DNA of 51,983 nucleotides from Bacilli bacterium (GTDB lineage Bacteria; Bacillota_I; Bacilli_A; RFN20; CAG-826): NCBI GenBank assembly GCA_045615545.1, contig JAZLFA010000041.1, positions 1 to 51,983 of the forward strand, read 5' to 3'. Shown piece by piece: positions 19,347 to 27,754 of this stretch (position 1 is its first letter; each line of letters starts with the position of its first letter). The notes under the pieces were generated by a model. It saw only the letters and a program-made list of their open reading frames with translations, ran no database searches and was not told where the DNA came from. The position numbers and the translations under genes were made by a program.

Positions 19347-21122
19347 ATGAACGATGAGTTAATGGCCCTAAAAGGCGATAAGCATTTACCAAACAAAGTG
19401 CTTTATAAACGAATTTGGAAATATCTTAAACCATATTGGCCTAAGTTCCTTTTAGCGTTATTTTTAATCCTTCTTAATGTTGGTACTAATATCGTCATTC
19501 CTTTATTTACTTCTTACTTGACTGATTATTTATCAAAAGGCATATTCAATGAACCTTTAAAAATAATTCTAATGTGCGCGTTAGGACAGCTGGGAATATC
19601 TATTGCGTCACAGATAATTTTATATTTTGAAAGCATTATATTATGTAAGACTGGTGAAACTATTGTTTATAACATTCGTATGGAAGTTTTTGCTCATATA
19701 GAAAATATGTCACAAAATCAATTTAACGAAATGCCTGTTGGTAGCTTGGTTACTCGTGTTGCTAACTATACTGCAAGTATGTCGGAATTATTTACTTCCA
19801 CAATTGTTAATATGATTCGAAATATTTTAACAGTTATTGGTGTATATATTATCATGTTAACAGTTAACCCACTTTTAAGTGCATTGTTATTACCAGTTTT
19901 AGCGCTTGTTGCTTTTGTTTCTCTCTTCTTTAGAAAAGTAGTAACTAAATATTTTGTTATTGAAAGAGGGGCATTAAGCGACTTAAATACTTACCTAAAC
20001 GAGAACTTATCTGGAATGAAGATTATTCAACTCTTTAACCAAGAAGAACGTAAATTAAAAGAGTTTGACATAAATAACAATTATTATTACAAATCCAGAC
20101 TTAAAGTCTTTATTGCCTTTAGTATTTATCGCCCACTCATTTCATTAATTTATTTCTTGGCGGTTGCGATGACATTCTATCTTGGCATTCAAGACTGGAT
20201 TGCTATTACCAGTGGTGGTGTCGTTGCGTTCTACTTATATTTATCGAGATTCTTTAACCCTATTCAAAATTTAGCGGATCAACTTAATTCCCTTCAAAAA
20301 GCAAGAACTGCTTCTGAAAGATTATTAAATCTTTTGGATGTTCAACCTCAAGTTCTTGATGTTCCTGAAGCAAAAGATATTGAAAAATTTAATGGTAAGA
20401 TTGAGTTTAAACATGTTTGGTTCGCTTATGAAGAAGAAAATTGGATATTAAAAGATGTTAGTTTTGTTATCGAACCAAAAACAACAGTTGCTTTTGTTGG
20501 TGCGACAGGAAGTGGAAAAACCACAATTCTATCTTTGATTGTTAGAAATTATACTATACAAAAAGGAACAATTTTAATTGATGATATGGATATTAATAGT
20601 ATAACTATTACTTCGCTAAGAAAAGCTGTTGGACAGATGCTTCAAGATGTATTCTTATTTACTGGAAATATAAGAGATAATATTACGCTTCACGATGACT
20701 CATTTAGTGATGAACAAGTTAATGAAGCTTGTAAATATGTTAATGCGGATAGGTTTATTAATAAGTTGCCTAAGCGACTAGATCAAGAAGTGATTGAAAG
20801 AGGTGAAAACTTCTCTCAAGGCCAACGCCAGTTACTCTCCTTTGCACGTACTGTTTTGCATCAGCCACAAATCCTTATATTGGATGAAGCTACCGCGAAT
20901 ATTGATACTGAAACCGAAGTATTAATTCAAGAAAGCTTAGAAAAAATGAAGAGTATTGGAACTATGTTAATTGTTGCTCATCGATTATCAACTATTCAAA
21001 AGAGTGATCAAATATTTGTATTACAAAATGGCCAGATTATTGAAAGAGGAAATCATCAATCATTGCTTAAGCAAAAAGGGCAATATTACAAACTGTATCA
21101 ATTGCAATTTGAAGAAGAGTAA
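19347..21122 (+). CDS. ABC exporter, TMD-NBD half transporter (YheH/MdlB-like)
   Basis: GATGSGKTT, FSQGQRQL, ILDEAT, AHR; heterodimer partner of the upstream gene. Confidence 0.92.
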   Translation: MNDELMALKGDKHLPNKVLYKRIWKYLKPYWPKFLLALFLILLNVGTNIVIPLFTSYLTDYLSKGIFNEPLKIILMCALGQLGISIASQIILYFESIILCKTGETIVYNIRMEVFAHIENMSQNQFNEMPVGSLVTRVANYTASMSELFTSTIVNMIRNILTVIGVYIIMLTVNPLLSALLLPVLALVAFVSLFFRKVVTKYFVIERGALSDLNTYLNENLSGMKIIQLFNQEERKLKEFDINNNYYYKSRLKVFIAFSIYRPLISLIYFLAVAMTFYLGIQDWIAITSGGVVAFYLYLSRFFNPIQNLADQLNSLQKARTASERLLNLLDVQPQVLDVPEAKDIEKFNGKIEFKHVWFAYEEENWILKDVSFVIEPKTTVAFVGATGSGKTTILSLIVRNYTIQKGTILIDDMDINSITITSLRKAVGQMLQDVFLFTGNIRDNITLHDDSFSDEQVNEACKYVNADRFINKLPKRLDQEVIERGENFSQGQRQLLSFARTVLHQPQILILDEATANIDTETEVLIQESLEKMKSIGTMLIVAHRLSTIQKSDQIFVLQNGQIIERGNHQSLLKQKGQYYKLYQLQFEEE

Positions 21123-21141
21123 TAAGTACTCTTTTTCTTTT
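21115..21141 (+). terminator. Terminator overlapping the ABC exporter stop
   Basis: AAGAGTA-ataag-TACTCTT followed by a T-rich run. Confidence 0.55.
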
Positions 21142-21160
21142 GTTTCAATAAAATAATGAG

Positions 21161-21254
21161 GAGCTCCCTCTTGCATTTAGGAGGGTGAAGCGGTTATCAT
21201 AATGGTGTGTGTTGGGAGAACATCTTGATAACCAAGAGATGTTTCCCTTTTTTT
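21161..21254 (+). ncRNA. Candidate small antisense RNA (type I antitoxin-like)
   Basis: TAAAAT -10-like at 21149-21154, 5' hairpin CCCTCTT-gcattt-AGGAGGG, 3' hairpin GGGAGAACATC...GATGTTTCCC plus T7; convergent with a peptide ORF. Confidence 0.45.
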
Positions 21255-21256
21255 AT

Positions 21257-21355
21257 CTACCGCTTATGTAAAGCTACAAAAGTGATACAAATAACTAGCA
21301 CCATTAGGAATGTGATTTCTAAAAGTTTCATTCCTTTCTGCAAGAGGGCTTTCAT
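21257..21355 (-). CDS. Small hydrophobic peptide, putative type I toxin (MKALLQKGMKLLEITFLMVLVICITFVALHKR; alternative start 21331 gives 24 aa)
   Basis: Manual translation; one TM-length hydrophobic stretch with a basic C-terminus; AGGAGG upstream; below the ORF-track cutoff. Confidence 0.55.
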   Translation of the reverse strand: MKALLQKGMKLLEITFLMVLVICITFVALHKR

Positions 21356-21576
21356 GGGTCATGACGCCATGCCTCCTAATGAGGAAATCAATAATTCCCC
21401 CATATTTATAAATAGGGGTAAAAAGTTAATTTTTCATAAAAATATAAATAAAAAAGAATCATAAATTGGCAACTTGCTTGTTTTATTTATAATAAATAGT
21501 TAAGATTATATAGACTCTTATGTAAACGATATAGTTTGCGTAGTGTTTGATATATTAATATTTAAGGAGGCTAATT

Positions 21577-23166
21577 ATGAAAAAAGATAATGATAAATAT
21601 AACAAAATTGTCAAAAAGCCTTCCTTTATATTTTCTCGATCATTTATTTGCTTTGTTATTTTATTGATTGAAGTTTCTGCCATTGTTGCTTTGATGGTGA
21701 TATTTAATCAATCGCATGTTGCTATTTTTGCTGTATCAGAAACTATTGCAATTATTGGTGCGTTATTTGTCATTAATGACAAGAGTGATCCATCATATAA
21801 GATTACATGGCTTTTCTTTATGACCGTGTTTTCACTACTTGGTGTTGTTTTCTATTTCTTGTTTGCGAATAAGAAATTTACCAAAAAAGAAAAGATGAAA
21901 ACCGCTCGAGTTAGAAACGAATTACAAAAAGGAATGAATTCTCGTCTAAGTGATGCGATGACTGAAAGAATTGATATTGATAAAGAACCTGATGCATATA
22001 ACATTTCCCATTACATCAAAAATGCTGCCGGTATTGATATCTTTAGAGATACCCATGTTGATTACTATGCTTGGGGTGATGATGCTTTTCAACCAATGCT
22101 TGATGCCTTAAAAAGCGCTAAACATTACATTTTTATGGAATATTTCATCATTGACCATGGTAAATTCTGGAATTCAATATTAGAAATATTAATGCAAAAA
22201 GCTAAAGAAGGCGTTGATGTTAGGGTTATTTATGATGACTTAGGATGTATGACAACGTTACACAGCAAGTATTACTTATATTTAAGAGATAATGCTATTA
22301 AAGCCTATAAATATTCACCAATTAAACCAGTTCTCGATATTAGAATGAATAACCGTGATCATAGAAAAATCCTTGTTGTTGATGGCTATATTGGGTTTAC
22401 TGGTGGAATCAATATTGCTGATGAATACATAAATGAGATTGTTAGATTTGGCAAATGGAAAGATAACGCTATTAGGCTTGAAGGTGATGGCGTATTTGGT
22501 TTAACCGCTCTTTTCTTAGCTACATGGACATCGATTACAAAAGAAAAAGAGGATGTTAATTATGTTGACTATCTTCCAATTCGACATAACTTAAATATTG
22601 AAAAAATTAAAGTTCGAAATGGATTCGTGCAGCCTTATGGTTCGCTTCCATATAACTATGAGACTGTTGGTGCTAAAGTCTATATCGATATGTTGATGCG
22701 TGCCAAAAAATATGTGTACATATCTACTCCATATTTGATTCTTAATAAGGAAATGGAAAACGCGATATGTCAAGCGTGCAAAAATGGTGCTAAAGTTAAA
22801 CTTTTAACCCCACATATCCCTGATAAGAAAATGGTCTTCCAGTTAACGCGAAGTTTCTATAAGCCGCTTATTGAAGCTGGTGTTGAAATATACGAATTCA
22901 CTCCTGGATTTGTACATGCAAAAACGTTTGTGGTCGATGGAGAAATGGCCACTGTTGGAACAATTAACTTAGATTATCGTAGCTTGTTCCTACACTGTGA
23001 AAATGGTGCGTTCTTATATAAGGTTGATTGTATCAAAGATATAGAAAAAGATTTCGAAAATACCTTCATGGTGTCGATGCCATATACAAAAGAAATGGTT
23101 GATAAGACCAAATGGTACACTAGAGGTTTTAGAGCAATACTAAGAGTATTTGCCCCGTTAATGTAA
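21577..23166 (+). CDS. cls: Cardiolipin synthase
   Basis: N-terminal TMs, two HKD motifs (HRKILVVD, HAKTFVVD), GGINIADEY, GTINLDYRS. Confidence 0.95.
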   Translation: MKKDNDKYNKIVKKPSFIFSRSFICFVILLIEVSAIVALMVIFNQSHVAIFAVSETIAIIGALFVINDKSDPSYKITWLFFMTVFSLLGVVFYFLFANKKFTKKEKMKTARVRNELQKGMNSRLSDAMTERIDIDKEPDAYNISHYIKNAAGIDIFRDTHVDYYAWGDDAFQPMLDALKSAKHYIFMEYFIIDHGKFWNSILEILMQKAKEGVDVRVIYDDLGCMTTLHSKYYLYLRDNAIKAYKYSPIKPVLDIRMNNRDHRKILVVDGYIGFTGGINIADEYINEIVRFGKWKDNAIRLEGDGVFGLTALFLATWTSITKEKEDVNYVDYLPIRHNLNIEKIKVRNGFVQPYGSLPYNYETVGAKVYIDMLMRAKKYVYISTPYLILNKEMENAICQACKNGAKVKLLTPHIPDKKMVFQLTRSFYKPLIEAGVEIYEFTPGFVHAKTFVVDGEMATVGTINLDYRSLFLHCENGAFLYKVDCIKDIEKDFENTFMVSMPYTKEMVDKTKWYTRGFRAILRVFAPLM

Positions 23167-23178
23167 AGGAGAAAATAA

Positions 23179-26100
23179 ATGCTTAGATTAGTTGATATTA
23201 AAAAAGATTATGTCATTAAGGGTCTTGAACCAGTTCACGCTCTTAAGGGTATCACGGTTAATTTTCGCCGCAATGAATTTGTTGCTATTTTAGGACATTC
23301 CGGATGTGGTAAAACCACATTACTTAACATTATTGGTGGATTAGACCGTTATGATAGTGGTGATTTACTTATCGAAGGTAAATCCACAAAAGAATATAGC
23401 GATAGAGATTGGGATACATATCGTAACCACTCAATTGGTTTTGTTTTCCAAAGTTATAACTTGATTCAACATAGCTCAATTTTAGCTAACGTTGAACTCG
23501 CTTTAACTATTGCGGGAGTAAGCAAAAAAGAAAGAAGAGAAAGAGCATTAGCAGCGCTAGAAAAAGTTGGCCTTGGTGGACTTGCTAATAAAAAGCCAAA
23601 CCAACTATCTGGTGGACAGATGCAAAGAGTCGCCATCGCGCGTGCATTAGTAAACAATCCTGAGATACTTTTAGCTGATGAACCTACTGGCGCTCTTGAT
23701 AGTGAAACAAGTGTCCAAATTATGGACTTATTAAAGGAAGTTGCTAGTGATAGATTGGTCATCATGGTTACTCATAACCCTGATCTTGCTACTCAATATG
23801 CTTCACGAATTATAAAGATGAGCGATGGAGTATTAACAGATGACTCTAATCCATATAAAGGCGAAAGTGAAGCCGATAGAGAAAAGGCTCAAAAAGCAAA
23901 AATATCCAAAGGTGATAAAGCAAAAACAAGCATGTCTTTCGCTACTGCCTTTGGCCTTAGTGGTAGAAACTTACTTTCAAAATTAAAAAGAACAATCTTA
24001 GTTTCGATTGCTGGATCAATTGGTATTATTGGTGTTGCTAGTGTCCTAAGCGTATCTACAGGCGTTAATTCTTATATTGATAGCATGCAAGATGATATGC
24101 TTTCTAGTTATCCTCTTACCATTGCTGAAGAAAGTGTTGATTATACTTCTTTAATGGCGGGACTTAGTAATCTTTCAAACAAAGAAAATATTCCGATTGA
24201 TTTATCGAGCAAAGTTGGCGTTGATAGCATGATTGCATACTTAATGGATAAATATAGTGATTTCACACAAGTAAAAACCAATGATATTAATGAAGAATTA
24301 CTTCAATATATTGCGGATATGGATCCTAATATGCTTGCAAGCATTAATTATAAATATAATGTTGATCTTACGAATAATTTATTCGTCAACTGGAGCAAAG
24401 ATGGTGATTACACAAAAACTAAATATTCATTAAATGGATTAACACAAATGTATATTGCGGAACTTCAAACTGTTAAAGGCTTTGGCGAATACGCAAAATT
24501 TGTCGATTTATTTACTGGCTTTTTAAAACAATTACCAGCTGGTGAAGATTATATTTCAAATCAATATGATTGTATCGCTGGACACTTCCCAACTAATGAT
24601 AATGAATTAATGTTAGTAGTGGATAATAACCAAACCGAAACCGATATCTTATTAGCGCAGTTGGGTTTCTTTACTGAAGAAGAATTTTTAAATATTGCTC
24701 GTGTTGGTGTATGGGAAAGTCAACATAAAGACGCTACAGAAGAAGAAAAAGAAGCATATCGTCGTGCACATGATTATCCAAAAGCGTTTGATTTTGATAC
24801 TATTCTTAATAAAGAATTTGCCTATTATTCTCATGATGAAATGTTTAATTATGGTGAAGCTTATAGAACTATCAAACCAACAATTAAAATTCTTTCTGAT
24901 CCAACAACAAAAGATTATTTCACTCTTGCATATGACGTAAATAAAGATATTTTAGAAGGTGAATTTTCTTCCTATATGCTTACGTTTGTAAGAAGTGGTG
25001 AAAAAACTGGTTCATATTTAGGTGATTGGTCTACGACCATTCCTTCTTATGGAACAATTGCTGTTACTTTAAAAGATACTGAATGGGCTTATAAACCATT
25101 TTTCCCTGAATATCCATATGAAGCAGTAGTTAATTTGATGGGCGATATACAAACAACAGGATATTTAGAAACCGACGTTCCAATTATCACTAATGGATAT
25201 TATTATCCATTTAATGCTAAAAGTAGCTGGAATGGAATAGATAGTAAAATTGTTGGTATTTATAAACCTAAATCCAATATTAAATTTGGTTCATTATCAA
25301 GAGGTTTGTATTATACGCCAAAACTAACCGCAAAATATATGGCTGATGCTATTATTAGCCGTATTGTTAATGGCTTTAGCAATGGTGGAATTCATATTGA
25401 CGGGATGAAAGATTATATCACCAAAAAGACCAATGCTAAATTACCATGTTATGTTAAATTTACTTTTACCTCCTTCATTGATGGAGATGAACATCCTATT
25501 CCAGGTTGTGAAGGTGTAGCCTACGCTATTAATACAAATTTAGAAGATTCTCTTTCTTCAATGTTTGGAGCGGGTTCTTCTAGCCTCACTGATGTTAACA
25601 TTACATATTTAAGATCTATTTCTGGTATTTCTTGTAAAGAAAGACATAATCCAATTACCGATGAAACCTATTATGAATTTGGTAGTTGTCCTGTAAGCGT
25701 TGAATTCTATCCGCGTAACTTTAAAGAAAAAGATCAAGTTAATGAGTATTTAAAAGTTTGGAACTCGGATAAAGATATTAAGTTATCAACTGGTGAAGTA
25801 TTATCAAAAGATATGCGTGATGAAATCACTGTCACTGATACTATTTCATTAATTATCGCTGTTATTAATACTCTGATTTTAAGTGTCACAATTGCTTTAG
25901 TAGCCTTTACAAGCTTGTCTTTAGTAGTTTCATGTTTCATGATTGCTGTTATAACTTATATTTCTACTATGGAACGTGTTAAAGAAATTGGTGTTATTCG
26001 TTCTCTTGGTGGACGAAAGAAAGATGTCTCACGTTTATTTATTGCTGAATGTTTCATTACCGGCCTTGCTAGCGGCTTAATTGGTGTATGTGTAACATTC

Positions 26101-26283
26101 TTCTTAACATTAATAATTAACGCTGTCAGCGCTCCTTTAGGAGTGCCTCAAGTCGCAATCTTAACTGCGCTTATCACTGGTAGTATGATTGTCCTATCAA
26201 TTTTACTCAATGTATTGAGTGGTTTAATCCCTTCAATGAAGGCCAGTAGACAAGATCCAGTTATTGCTCTTAGAAGTGAATAA
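23179..26283 (+). CDS. MacB/FtsX-type fused ABC ATPase-permease with large extracytoplasmic domain
   Basis: [28 protein letters not shown]; C-terminal [13 protein letters not shown] and DPVIALRSE. Confidence 0.93.
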   Translation: MLRLVDIKKDYVIKGLEPVHALKGITVNFRRNEFVAILGHSGCGKTTLLNIIGGLDRYDSGDLLIEGKSTKEYSDRDWDTYRNHSIGFVFQSYNLIQHSSILANVELALTIAGVSKKERRERALAALEKVGLGGLANKKPNQLSGGQMQRVAIARALVNNPEILLADEPTGALDSETSVQIMDLLKEVASDRLVIMVTHNPDLATQYASRIIKMSDGVLTDDSNPYKGESEADREKAQKAKISKGDKAKTSMSFATAFGLSGRNLLSKLKRTILVSIAGSIGIIGVASVLSVSTGVNSYIDSMQDDMLSSYPLTIAEESVDYTSLMAGLSNLSNKENIPIDLSSKVGVDSMIAYLMDKYSDFTQVKTNDINEELLQYIADMDPNMLASINYKYNVDLTNNLFVNWSKDGDYTKTKYSLNGLTQMYIAELQTVKGFGEYAKFVDLFTGFLKQLPAGEDYISNQYDCIAGHFPTNDNELMLVVDNNQTETDILLAQLGFFTEEEFLNIARVGVWESQHKDATEEEKEAYRRAHDYPKAFDFDTILNKEFAYYSHDEMFNYGEAYRTIKPTIKILSDPTTKDYFTLAYDVNKDILEGEFSSYMLTFVRSGEKTGSYLGDWSTTIPSYGTIAVTLKDTEWAYKPFFPEYPYEAVVNLMGDIQTTGYLETDVPIITNGYYYPFNAKSSWNGIDSKIVGIYKPKSNIKFGSLSRGLYYTPKLTAKYMADAIISRIVNGFSNGGIHIDGMKDYITKKTNAKLPCYVKFTFTSFIDGDEHPIPGCEGVAYAINTNLEDSLSSMFGAGSSSLTDVNITYLRSISGISCKERHNPITDETYYEFGSCPVSVEFYPRNFKEKDQVNEYLKVWNSDKDIKLSTGEVLSKDMRDEITVTDTISLIIAVINTLILSVTIALVAFTSLSLVVSCFMIAVITYISTMERVKEIGVIRSLGGRKKDVSRLFIAECFITGLASGLIGVCVTFFLTLIINAVSAPLGVPQVAILTALITGSMIVLSILLNVLSGLIPSMKASRQDPVIALRSE

Positions 26284-27572
26284 TGAAAAAGATTGGTATC
26301 GTTTCTTTAGGGTGTGACAAAAATCGTGTTGATAGTGAACTTATTTTAGGTTTACTTGATCATTACGAATATTTAATTGTCCCTTCAATTGAAGAAAGCG
26401 ATATGATTATTGTCAATACTTGTGGATTTATTAACGATAGCAAAAAAGAAAGTATTGATACTATTTTAGAAATGATTAGCTATAACAAACCTGTCATTGT
26501 CGTTGGTTGCTTAGTTGAACGTTATTTAGATGAATTAAAAAAAGAAATCCCAGAAGTTGCTTTATGGATACCGATTAGGGATTATTATCGTTTTAATGAA
26601 CTATTATCAACTTTAGATACAGAATTACGTAGTAATGATGGGTTAGATTATCATTACCGTATGATTTCAACAGGCAATTACAGCGCTTATCTTCGTATTG
26701 GTGAAGGTTGTTCTAACCATTGCGCCTATTGTGCAATTCCTTTAATTAGAGGTGAATATCGTTCAAGAACATATTCTGAAATTATTTCGGAAGCTAAAAA
26801 TTTAGCTCAAATTGGAATTAAAGAATTAATAGTCTTAGAGCAAGATACCACTAAATGGGGTTTAGATTTAGGCGATAAATACGATATTACTTATTTACTA
26901 AAAGGCTTATTAAAAATAAGTGAATTTTCTTATATAAGACTTTTATATTTATATCCTGATGAGATTAGTGATGAACTCATTGATTTAATCGCTAATGAGC
27001 CTCGACTTACTCCTTACTTTGATATTCCTATTCAACATAGTGAAGATCATGTTCTTTCTTTAATGAATAGAAGAGGAAATAAAGAATATTTACGCACGCT
27101 TTTTAATAAAATTAAAACCAAAATCCCTAATGCCATAATCCGCACTACCTTATTAGTGGGATTTCCAGGTGAAACTGAGGAAGATTTTAAAGGTTTAATC
27201 GACTTTATTAAAGAGATTGAATTTGATCATTTGGGTTGCTTTATTTATTCAAGAGAAGAAGACACTCCAAGTTATAATTTTAATCAGCAAATCGATGAAG
27301 ATATTAAAAAGAAAAGAAAAGATATTGTTATGCGAACTCAACAAAGTATTTCATATCGTAAAAATAAAAAACATGTTGGTGAAATTATGTCTGGCTTAGT
27401 TGTGGGAAAAGAAAATGATAAATATTTATTAAGGAGCTATTATAATGCTCCTGATGATATTGATGGAAAAATATATTTCACCAGTGAAAAAGATTTATTA
27501 CCAGGTGAAATTGTTAAAGTTAAGATTGTAGAAGCTTTTGTCTATGACCTATTTGGAGAGCTTATTAAATAA
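26283..27572 (+). CDS. rimO: Ribosomal protein S12 methylthiotransferase
   Basis: SLGCDKNRVDSE, NTCGFI, CxxxCxxC (CSNHCAYC), RLLYLYP, APDDIDG TRAM region. Confidence 0.95.
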   Translation: MKKIGIVSLGCDKNRVDSELILGLLDHYEYLIVPSIEESDMIIVNTCGFINDSKKESIDTILEMISYNKPVIVVGCLVERYLDELKKEIPEVALWIPIRDYYRFNELLSTLDTELRSNDGLDYHYRMISTGNYSAYLRIGEGCSNHCAYCAIPLIRGEYRSRTYSEIISEAKNLAQIGIKELIVLEQDTTKWGLDLGDKYDITYLLKGLLKISEFSYIRLLYLYPDEISDELIDLIANEPRLTPYFDIPIQHSEDHVLSLMNRRGNKEYLRTLFNKIKTKIPNAIIRTTLLVGFPGETEEDFKGLIDFIKEIEFDHLGCFIYSREEDTPSYNFNQQIDEDIKKKRKDIVMRTQQSISYRKNKKHVGEIMSGLVVGKENDKYLLRSYYNAPDDIDGKIYFTSEKDLLPGEIVKVKIVEAFVYDLFGELIK

Positions 27573-27615
27573 GGGTTGTTAAAAAAATAAAAGTCATTAT
27601 ATAATAACTAACGCC

Positions 27616-27689
27616 GCTCCCTTAGTTAAACGGTATAACAGATCCATGGTAAGGATCAATTGGTGTTTCGACTACGCCAGGGAGCACCA
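27616..27689 (+). tRNA. tRNA-Thr (GGT)
   Basis: Acceptor GCTCCCT/AGGGAGC, anticodon arm GATCC-ATGGTAA-GGATC, T arm GGTGT-TTCGACT-ACGCC, encoded CCA. Confidence 0.95.
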
Positions 27690-27697
27690 CTTAAAAT

Positions 27698-27721
27698 AGG
27701 TTTGGTTCATCAAGCCTTTTT
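27698..27721 (+). terminator. Terminator after tRNA-Thr
   Basis: AGGTTTG-gttcat-CAAGCCT plus T run. Confidence 0.65.
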
Positions 27722-27754
27722 ATTTTATTTTTATTTTCATATAATGAATATGTT

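Noticed and set aside
21160-21355. 6S RNA, suggested by terminal complementarity over about 195 nt
   Set aside because: An internal terminator with a T7 run and no continuous rod-like pairing argue against it. It is not formally excluded without an Rfam scan.
21207-21464. 85-aa plus-strand ORF from the track
   Set aside because: It has a GTG start without a well-placed SD, crosses a terminator and lies antisense to the better-supported peptide ORF.
5327-27572. Arginine codon reassignment (AGG or CGG), reported for some uncultured Bacilli
   Set aside because: AGG occurs where Arg fits the family pattern (EKRWGRI in the SDR, LRSY in RimO), CGG at the AYR motif of the permease and CGA at LGRYG. 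The sample is small but consistent with the standard meaning.
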